This document shows positions 1-29,400 of a DNA stretch of 64,000 nucleotides, piece after piece. The stretch covers positions 1,417,215-1,481,214 of the forward strand of contig NW_018408742.1 in the NCBI RefSeq assembly GCF_002113885.1, written 5' to 3'. Position numbers and translations under genes: made by a program. A model generated the notes under the pieces. It was not told the origin of the DNA. It saw only the letters and a program-made list of their open reading frames with translations, and did no database searches. Positions within the stretch are counted from its first letter, which is position 1. Each line of letters begins with the position of its first letter. This DNA comes from Mizuhopecten yessoensis (lineage: Eukaryota).

Positions 1-582
1 ATCTGGGCCTATCACAGGTTTATGAGTCTGTGATAAAAGAAAGAGATACTGTAAGCACACTTGTTTCCTTATCAATAGAAATTCATATTTTTTGAAGGAG
101 AGTTGGAGTGTTAGTTTATGATTGTCCTAAGAGATCTGGGCCTGTAGTCACACACCATTCTTAGGCATAAGCATGAATTCTGTGCTCAAACCAACTTTCT
201 TGTAGCTTGTGTAATCTTGCAACATTGTCAAAATATAAAGTCTAGACAATGAAAATGTTTTTTGGCTTCCAAGTCTCTCAAAAGTTTCTGAACAGCAAAT
301 CATTGAAAAAATGAGAAATTTTAATACCGGTAATTTATAACTTGGACAAGGAATTGGACATGAGCATAGAATCTGAGTTTTAGCATAAGAACATTTTCAT
401 GCACACAGCCCCTAATGTACCATTGTGAGCTAAAAAAAATATGTAAGTACATTAAGAGTTATGTATAAAGTAACTTCTCCCAAAAAAAGTGTCTTGTTCA
501 CATTTGAAAATTATGCAAATGTAAGATAATAAATTATTTTCAAATCTTTCCTTCCCTGGCTGATGACTTTTTCAACTTTTAA

Positions 583-1011
583 TACCTTGTCAGAATAGAG
601 AATGGTTGGTAATTTGCAGCCTACCTTGTCAGAATGGTTGGTAATACGAGAATGCAGCCTACCTTGTCAGAATGGTTGGTAATATGAGAATGCAGCGCTA
701 GCCTACCTTGTCAGAATGGTTGGTAATATGAGAATGCAGTGCTAGCCTACCTTGTCAGAATAGTTGGTAATATGAGAATGCAGCGCTAGCCTACCTTGTC
801 AGAATGGTTGGTAATATGAGAATGCAGCGCTAGCCTACTTTGTCAGAATGTTGGTAATATGAGAATGCAGTGCTAGCCTACCCTGTCAGAATGGTTGGTA
901 ATATGAGAATGCAGCGCTAGCCTACCTTGTCAGAATGTTGGAAATATGAGAATGCAGCGCTAGCCTACCTTGTCAGAATGTTGGTAATATGAGAATGCAG
1001 CGCTAGCCTAC

Positions 1012-1022
<11 letters not shown>
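583..1022. repeat. Tandem repeat, ~38-44 bp x 11, containing the OPA1 exon 24 donor junction
   Basis: Unit gcctaccttgtcagaatggttggtaatatgagaatgcagcgcta; the rightmost copy is the real junction. Confidence 0.95.
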
Positions 1023-19975
<18,953 letters not shown>

Positions 19976-20392
19976 CTTAGTTCTTGTTGTTTTAAACCTC
20001 AAGAAAACGGTAACGGCTTTTCGTTTTCTCCATTGTCTCTAGTTCAATATTTTATCCACATGGTATTTTTCAGGTTTCGCTTCTTTCCTGTCGAAAATGA
20101 CCTTCACACGTAAAGTCGAGAATTGTGTTATCTGTTTATTTTCGTAAAAAATAATTGTTTCAATTATGAACAGATCGAAACAAATGTAGACAATTAAAGT
20201 GAAATTTGATTAAATGTTACCATTTTAAAATACTTATCTTGATGACGTTTGAGTATTTACTGCACAAAATACAAAATTTACATATTATTTTTTGCGGAAG
20301 TGAAAAGCCGCGGGGACATAACTCTAATCTATCAAAAGCAAGCTGTTGATGCTGAGTGATGCTGATCCAGTAACAGAAAAACTAAATAAACC
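19976..20392. promoter_or_regulatory. Probable bidirectional promoter and 5'UTRs shared by OPA1 and GTF2H2
   Basis: Divergent ATGs 417 bp apart; ETS/GABP-type GCGGAAGTG at 20294-20302; ERR-type TGAAGGTCA on the - strand at 20098-20106. Confidence 0.7.
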
Positions 20393-20448
20393 ATGGGAGA
20401 CGAAGACGAAAAGGGATACAGATGGGAAACCGAATATGAAAAGACTTG
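20393..20448 (+). CDS. GTF2H2: GTF2H2 exon 1
   Basis: [19 protein letters not shown]; TG|GTAATA. Confidence 0.94.
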
Positions 20449-23400
20449 GTAATACGCTATAACAGCTTTCTCATTATTATGATAGGGTGCATGTAAGATG
20501 TCAAAGTACATGTAGATCTAAAATTCATGCATGTTCAACTCCACATTTATTTTACTTTATTCCCTATTCAGTAATAAAATCGCTACTGTAACAACAGTAA
20601 TTGTTACCTTAATGAAGAATTATGATACATATGAGGGATTGTACCAAACCTGATAAATAAAACAGTAGGGTGCATCTTTGTACAAACATTGATTAATATT
20701 CTGATGTTTTACTAATTTTTGGACAAATGACAAATGATATCACCTCCATTGCCTATATTTACCTGTCACTAACACTTGTTGATGCTGCAAGGATTTTTGT
20801 TTTGTGTAAATTTCAAATATTCATCTGGGACAAATGACACAATTTTAATATATATATAACAAAAAATCTCTCATCGTCAGATATTTGGCTGTCGTTTTCG
20901 CAGCTAATATATGACAAACCAACTTGAAGTCAAGAAGGCTAATTACAGAAAAAAAGCTTTACATGTATCTACCCTGATATTTGCCGCGGGAAGTGCTTTA
21001 AGAATAAAAAAAAATATGCAGTAAATATTTATCTTGGTTAAGAACTTAAAAAAATGGTGAGCTCAGCTAGATGGATATGTTTATGAAATTGTCAAATCTA
21101 ATCTGATGCTTGCTTACCTTGCCCCAAGGATGAATGATTTTTTCCATAACCCAATGTGGGAGATGATTACATAATATTCTTTTCTTATCATACAAATCAT
21201 GTCTGCACAACCACCTGAGTCTTGGCAGTGACATATTGTCTGATCAATTGTATTATAATCTTCATCAAAAGCTCTACGTTTTGGAAATCTACAAAATGAA
21301 AATGTATTTCTGTGAATAAGCCCTTTTAATGAAACTATGGAAATTTGAACCCACAGAAAGATAGGACTTTAATATAATATGTGATCCCCCTTTTCAAACT
21401 GATATCATATAATGTTTCTACAGGGAAGTTATTGAAGAAGATGATGATGGCACTATCCAATCAAGTGTGGATGACATCATACACAAGGCCAAGAGGCGGC
21501 GTCTCATGGAAAAACTTGGCAATATTAGACTTGGAATGGTATGTCTGGGGCACGGAAATCTCTCATAACACATGTACACCTAGGCTGAAAATAATGCTCT
21601 AAAACATGAAATCAGGTTATTTGTCTGTACTAATTTTGACTCTTTCAACACAAAGTAGGCTTCTTTAACAGTTTCAATGATTCAACATAATATTAAAGAT
21701 TCCTGATTGGCCATATCACTTTATATGTGTATTTTCCCCTTGAGAAAGAAATCCCCAAAGTCATAGAAAATTTCTCTGAGCTGAAAAAAATACCACTTTT
21801 CTTTAAATTAATGCCCGAACCCAATTTATCTGAACATTTTCTTTCCACTTTTGAAAATTTTCCCTCTGAATACATCAAAACGCTTTGAAAACAAACAGAA
21901 ACACTCAAATGGTAAAAATTGAGTAATATTACAGGTGTAAAGCGTCATAGGAAAGAATAATCTAAATTGTAGTAAAAGATTGAATTTCATGAGGTAAAGG
22001 TCCATATAACTTCTAAAATGTGAAAAATTCCCTTGTGGTTAATTACAGGACAAGCCCAAATAAATTTGTCTACCAATTGTTCCTAGTTTTCATGTATAAA
22101 TGAAATGTGACATGTTTTGTTTACTTTCTAGATGCGACATTTGTTCTTAGTCATAGATCTTTCAGATGCAATGAAAGATCAGGACCTGAAACCTACGCGC
22201 CTGGCGTCAACACTAAAGGTAAAAAGGATATAAAAATTATATATGTGTATATGTAATAGAAAAGAAAATACAGATTTTGGGCAGAACCTTAGTACTGTTT
22301 TATATATATGGATGTCATAGTGTACAATTTTGTATTTAGAGAACTAGCCAGTAGAAAAGTTTTCAAAAAAAATCTACTAGTGTGACCTATGTTTTCAAGA
22401 GTTAAATGAACATTTTCACTAGTCCTTACCTAAGTCTGCTTACCTTAAGCATTAATTAAGCTAGTAGAATTGCACACCTCTGATTATATATTTAATATTG
22501 GTACTACATTTGTATATTATTATACTGCTTAAGAGTAACTACTTAGAATTAATACACTGTATACAACTATTTAAAGTATTACACCATTGTCTACATTACA
22601 GATTGATGATGATTGAGTTAATCCTGTGTTACTGTCCTCTGTGTGATAATGTCTGACCTGTAAACGAGTTTACACTGTTATTTGGAATTGTTTATTATAG
22701 CTAGTAACGTTTGGTATTGTTACAGCTGCTGGAACATTTTGTGGAGGAGTACTTCGACCAGAACCCTATTAGCCAACTGGGTATCATAACAACTCGTAAC
22801 AAGAGGGCAGAAAAGGTAGCAGAGCTGGGAGGTCAGTGTACTTATAAACTTAAAAACCAAGAGGGCATTAATATTAAATTTTACATGTACTGTATGAAAT
22901 ATTGATATAAGGAATATTGAATCATGAAATGTTATAACAAATATGAAATTTATACATTGTTTTGTTTCTAAAGTGAACCAAAGACATCAGTTTTATTAAT
23001 GTGTATTTCTGATTTCATTTGGTAACATTTGAATTGTACTTGTATTTTTTAAAGGAAACCCTCGTCGTCACATCACCACACTTCAGTCTCTTGTCAATAA
23101 AACCTGCCAGGGAGAACCATCACTTCAGAATTCTCTTGACCTAGCCAACCAGACACTCAGGTTTGTTTGTGTTTTTTAGCCAACCAGACACTCAGGTTTG
23201 TGGTTCTAGCCAACCAGACACTTAGGTTTGTGGTTCTAGCCGACCAGACCCTCAGGTTTGTTTGTGTTTTTTAGCCAACCAGCCACTAAGGTTTGTGTTT
23301 CTGGACAACCAGACGCTTATGTTTGTGTTTCTAGCCAACCAGACGCTCAGGTTTGTTTGTGTTTTTTAGCCAACCAGACTCTCAGGATTGTGGTTTTAGC

Positions 23401-26400
23401 CAACCAGACGCTCAGGTTTGTGGTTTTAGCCAACCAGACACTCAGGTTTGTGATTCTGGACAACCAGACACTCAGGTTTGTGATTCTGGACAACCATACA
23501 CTTATGTTTGTGGTTCTAGCCAACCAGACACTCAGGTTTGTGTTTCTGGACAACCACACACTCAGGTTTGTGTTTCTGGACAACCAGACACTCAGGTTTG
23601 TGGTTTTAGCCAACCAGACACTCAGGTTTGTGGTTCTAGCCAACCAGACACTCAAGTTTGTGATTCTGGCCAAACAGACACGCAGGTTTGTGATTCTGGA
23701 CAACCAGACACTTATGTTTGTGGTTCTAGCCAACCAGACACTCAGGTTTGTGGTTCTAGCCAAACAGACACGCAGGTTTGAAATGTTAGCCAACCAGACT
23801 CTCAGGTTTGTGATTCTGGACAACCAGACACTTATGTTTGTGGTTCTAGCCAACCAGACACTCAGGTTTGTTTTCTTAGCCAACCAGACACTCAGGTTTG
23901 TGGTTCTAGCCAACCAGACACTTATGTTTGTGGTTCTAGCCAACCAGACATTCAGGTTTGTGATTCTGGAAAACCAGACACTTATGTTTGTGGTTCTAGC
24001 CAACCAGACACTCAGGGTTTGTGATTCTGGCCAAACAGACACGCAGGTTTGAAATGTTAGCCAACCAGACTCTCAGGTTTGCATTTCTAAGCAATCAGAC
24101 ACCAAATTTTGTGATTTTAGCCAAACACATCCCCAGGCTTGTGATTCTAGCCAACATGACTTTCAGGTTTCTGGTTTTAGCCAACCAGACACAGGTTTGT
24201 GGTTTTAGCCAACTAGACACAGGTTTGTGGTTTTAGCCAACCAGACTCTCAGGTTTGTGGTTTTAGCCAACCAGACACTCAGGTTTGTGGTTTTAGCCAA
24301 CCAGACTATTAGGTTTGTGGTTTTAGCCAACCAGACTATCAGGTTTGTGGTTTTAGCAAACCAGACACTCAGGTTTGTGGTTTTAGCCAACCAGACACTC
24401 AGGTTTGTGGTTTTAGCCAACCAGACTATCAGGTTTGTGGTTTTAGCCAACCAGACTCTCAGGTTTGAAATGTTAGCCAAACAGACACTCAGGTTTGAAA
24501 TGTTAGCCAAGGAGACACTTAGGTTTGCATTTCTAAGCAATCAGACACCAAATTTTGTGATTTTAGCCAAACACACCAGGTTTGTGATTCTAGCCAAAAA
24601 GACACTCATGTTTGAGATTTAATCCAATCATGCACCCAGCCCTAGGTTTGTGATTTTAGCCATTCACACATCCGGCTTTGTGGTTCTAGCCAATCAGGCA
24701 CACACGTTTCTGATACTAGCTAAACACACACTCAGGCTAGTAATTCTCGCCAAAAAGACGGTCAGGTTTATGATTTTAGCCAACCAAATACTATATATAG
24801 TTTGCAATTTTAGCCAACCAGACACTCAGGTTTGTGATTCTGGCCAATCAGAGTCTAAGGTTTGTGATTTTAGTCAAACAGACACCCATGTTTGAGATTT
24901 TAGCCAACCAGACTCTCAGGTTTGCAATTTTAACCAATCAGACACCCAATTTTGTGATTCTAGCCGAACACACACCCAGGTTGTGAATCTAGCCAATCAG
25001 ACACACATGTTTGCTATACTAGCCAAACACACACCAAGGCGTGTGATTCTTGCCAATCTGTTACTCAAGTTTGTGATTTTAGCCATTCAGACACCCAGGT
25101 TTGGGACTGTAGCCAAACAGACACTCAAGTTTGTGATTTTAGCCATTCAGACACTCATGTTTGATATCCTAGCCAATTAGACTCTCAGGCCTGTTATTCA
25201 TGCCAATGTATGATCCTCACCAATATAGCCTATGTATTATTTGCATACTAATTAAAAAACACATACATTTATCATACTTAAAAGTCAATCTAACACACAG
25301 CCTTATGGTTTACTTTTTCAATCAAACGTTTGGTTTTATAGCTAATCAAAATCAAAAACTCAGACTTTAACCACTAACATTTTGTTTCTTACCAGTCAAA
25401 CTTTAGCCAATAAATTATGCTTGGTTTGTAAATCTATCAAATTAAACACACATGTTTGTCTGGGCATATCTTCTACATTATTTCACCTGGAGTAACAAGA
25501 TTTGGTATGCAAATACATCTTGGGATGTGCAAAGTGTCAAGCATAAAAATAGGTCATTGTGACCTAAGGCTTGACCTTTGACCATAGAGAAAGTTTGTGT
25601 CAGAAAATATTCTACACTATTTCACCTGCAGTAACAAGATTTGGTATGCAAATACATTTTGGAATTTGCAAAGTGTCAAGCACAAAAAGAAGGTCATTGT
25701 GACCTATGGTTTTATCATTGACCTCAACATCAGAAAAAGTTTGTGTGAGCAAATCTTCTACACTATTTCACATGGAGTAACACGATTTTGTATGCATGTG
25801 TGTCTTGTCTGGCAGATGCAAAGTACAAGAAGAGTGTATGTCAATATATCCAAAAACCTGAGATAGGACTATAGCTCAGTACGTAAAGAAATATTTTCTG
25901 ATGAGGGGATTATGGATTGCCTTGTTTGTTCAAGTCATCTCAAACACAAATGTTAAAAGTTCTGTTTTATCAGACATTGTCTTATGGTTTTAGGCAAACA
26001 GTTTGTGATTTTAACTTTTAAAATTCTTTTATGACTTCAATACCAATGTTGGTTAGAATATAATAGTTTTACTTTTGATATTTGTAATCTTTTCTTTTTC
26101 TTCTAGACACATGCCAAGTCATGCAAGTCGTGAAGTGTTAGTTGTCCTAGGGAGTCTCACATCCTGTGATCCGGGAGATATATCGGAGACGATACAGGTA
26201 ATTTCAACTTTCTTGTCGCACAGGAGTTTCCGCAGACATCACAATAAATATAAAACAAATTAAAATTGGACACAGTCTGACAAAGATGGACTTTGTGTCA
26301 AAGTATGACAATGATAGACTTTTGTGTGAATTGAAAGGACCTTTGCATGTATATATTAACCTAACAGAAAGCTTTGCTTTTATCATTAAGTGAAGACTAG

Positions 26401-29400
26401 GTCACTTTGATACAGAACAAACAATTTTACATGAGGTGATATTTACAAATTTTCACCTTCCGTAAATGAGGGCATGCCAACATTCATCATGATGGCAAAT
26501 ATAGGTACAGGACATACTAAAATTGTATGTGAAATAAAGTTTAGTGTGGATTTTAAAGGCAAAAATCAATATTTGATTGAGTTTAAATCACACAGTTTAT
26601 AGTATCCAAATAACGAAGATAATGCAGGTTATGAACCAAGGTTTGGTTATGAAGATGTCAAGGTTATAATACCAAGGTTTGGGTATGAAGATGTCAAGGT
26701 TATGAAACCAAGGTTTAGGTATGAAGATGCCAAGGTTATGATACCAAGGTTTGGGTATGAAGATGCCAAGGTTGATGATACCAAGGTTTAGGTATGAAGA
26801 TGCCAAGGTTATGAAACCAAGGTTTAGGTATGAAGATGCCAAGGTTATGATACCAAGGTTTAGGTATGAAGATGCCAAGGTTATGATACCAAGGTTTAGG
26901 TATGAAGATGCCAAGGTTATTAAACCAAGGTTTAGGTATGAAGATACCAAGGTTTAGGTATGAAGATGCCAAGGTTTTTTAAGGTTAACATATGACTAAA
27001 AATATTACATGTACTAGACTTAAAGTATAACTAGACAAGGCAGTGAATGATGTTTACTACTTGTGTAGGTGAACAGTCATTGGACTTGTCTAGATCCTTA
27101 TCATTAGTGTAATAAGTTGAATAGGTTTGTAGAGTCATTGTGTACATTTGTGAAGCCACTGTTCTAACTCTTTACAGTTGCTGAAAGACAACAATGTAAG
27201 ATGCTCAATCATAGGTCTGGCTGCCGAGGTCCGTGTTTGTAAGAGAATATGTCAGGAAACAAACGGTAAAGTTACTCGGAACTTAATCAGACTTTTTCAG
27301 CAATTTCCTCACAATCAGGCAGAGCATTTGTAGTGCTTTATGGATCATCTATTTTGACCTCAGTATCTTTTTAGCTCACCTGCCTGAAGGGCATGTGAGC
27401 TTATGCCATGGCACAGCATCCGTCTGTCAACTTTTCCTTTAAAACGCTACTAGTCCTGAACAGCCTAGTGGATTTCAACTGAATTTAGTCTGCATCCTTC
27501 AGCCAAGGACACTCAATTTTGTATAAACGGTGGGTGTGACCCCCGTGGGTGCAGAGGGGTGGGTCTGGATAGGAGAAATAGAGGTAAACCTTTAAAAACC
27601 TTCTTCTACCATAGGGATTAAGGGATTTCATCCCAATTTAGTCTGGAGCATTCTTAGGCCAAGGGAACTCAATTTTGTATAAACGGTGGGTGGGCCCCTG
27701 CCCCCTGGGGGCAGAGGAGCTGGGCCCAATAGCGGAAATAAAGGTAAAACTTTTAAAATCATTCTTCTACCATAGGGATTAAGGGATTTTATCCTTATTT
27801 AGTCTGGAGGATCCTTGGTCTAAGGGGGCTTAATTTTGTATAAATAGTGGGTGAGGTCCCCAGGGCAAGAGGGGTAGGGCCCAATAGGGAAAATAGAGGT
27901 AAAACCTTTGAAATCCTTCTTCGACCATAGGGATTACGGAATTTTGTCCTAATTTTGTCTCCATCAAGTTGTCTAGTAGTGCATGTTACTATTAGGGTGT
28001 ATTCATTAAAACAAGATGCCCGACAGGCAGTGTTTCATACCCAATTGTCCAATTTTATTTTAACTTATTTTGTTGTCATCAGTTGGCCAAGCATGGCATA
28101 GTTATTATAAAGAGGTTTTGTGATGTATAGAGGGAGACATGATGAAATTGTTAAGAAGAAAAAAAGAGGGTTTTGAAAAATGGAAGGTGGCAAATAAAAA
28201 ACATACTTTCTATGGATGCTGAAGTGTACAGTGTATAAGCTTTACTAAGCTGTGTCTGTGATAGTACAATAAAATATATGAAACAACTGATTTCTTCTAG
28301 GTAAATACTTTGTGATACTGGATGAAGGTCACTACAAAGATCTCCTTATCTCCCATGTAACACCGCCTCCAGCAACGGTGAGTACACTGCCACACAGAAT
28401 TAGGAGTAGTTACAGACACCAATCCTGATTCATTCTCTTCTCGGAATGAGTCGCCTCAATTGGTTTTTATACCAGATGCTACTTTCAAAGTGATCACATA
28501 CAGTAGATTGTCTTGTTAATCTTCCACAAACACAGACTAATTCTTTTGTGTCCAGTTACTTTTGGTTAACAACATTTTCCTTTCTATATTGTTGCAGAGC
28601 ACCACAGAATCTTCCCTGATTAAAATGGGTATGTATTGGTGTGCTGGCTCAATCACACAACTGTATAGAAGTTAATATATTTTGATACCTAATAAAATGT
28701 ATAATATTGCTTGGCCCAGCAGCTACCTGTCTATAAGTTCATACGAAGACGAACAGCAACACTTCAAAAATGATTTTGAAATGATAAAATTGTTTTTCAA
28801 GGATTTCGATTAAAAAACAAAAGTAGAAATAGTTTCTATTACCATTTCAGCAGTGCTTTTATGTGCTTATCAATGAACTGTTGATAATTGAGAGAGTTCT
28901 TGATTCAATTTCATGGTTATTTTGTGTCTTATTGATCTGTATGGTATAATTACAGGATTTCCTCACCACAGTTTGAGTGGAGACAAGAACAAAGGCGAGA
29001 AGGCTTCTATGTGTATGTGGTATGTACGAAACCTGTTTTTCATGCTGTTGACAATAGTTATGTAGAGAAGTAAAAAGGCCAAACAAAAAATAAGTGTTTC
29101 CTTTAACATGTTTGAAATATTTTGGTTTGATAGTTTGATAAAAAATTGATTTTTGTTTTTGAAAAAACAAGATTTTGATATGGTTTATATAGGACAGTGA
29201 TCTTGAATTCAACAGTGTTTCTTTGAAAATGGACTGAAAAAGTTAAGGGAAGACACTAAAACTTAGGGTAGGTAGGATACTGAAACACAAGCTGTTTTTT
29301 GGTTTGCCTTAATAGTTTAATAGTACAACTTTATTTGTTACTGGTCCAATGAAATTTTGTACCAATACATTTATTTTTCACAATTTTGGTCAGAGTATTT

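Noticed and set aside
19992-20033. MEKTKSRYRFLE as OPA1 exon 1
   Set aside because: Its possible donor is phase 0 while exon 2 needs phase 2; the ATG at 19975 fits, so this is kept only as a possible uORF.
23258-25180. Long ORFs (264, 231, 142, 131 aa) of [10 protein letters not shown] / SQPDTQVC repeats
   Set aside because: By-products of a stop-free 30-bp minisatellite inside GTF2H2 intron 5; separated from the exon frame by a stop.
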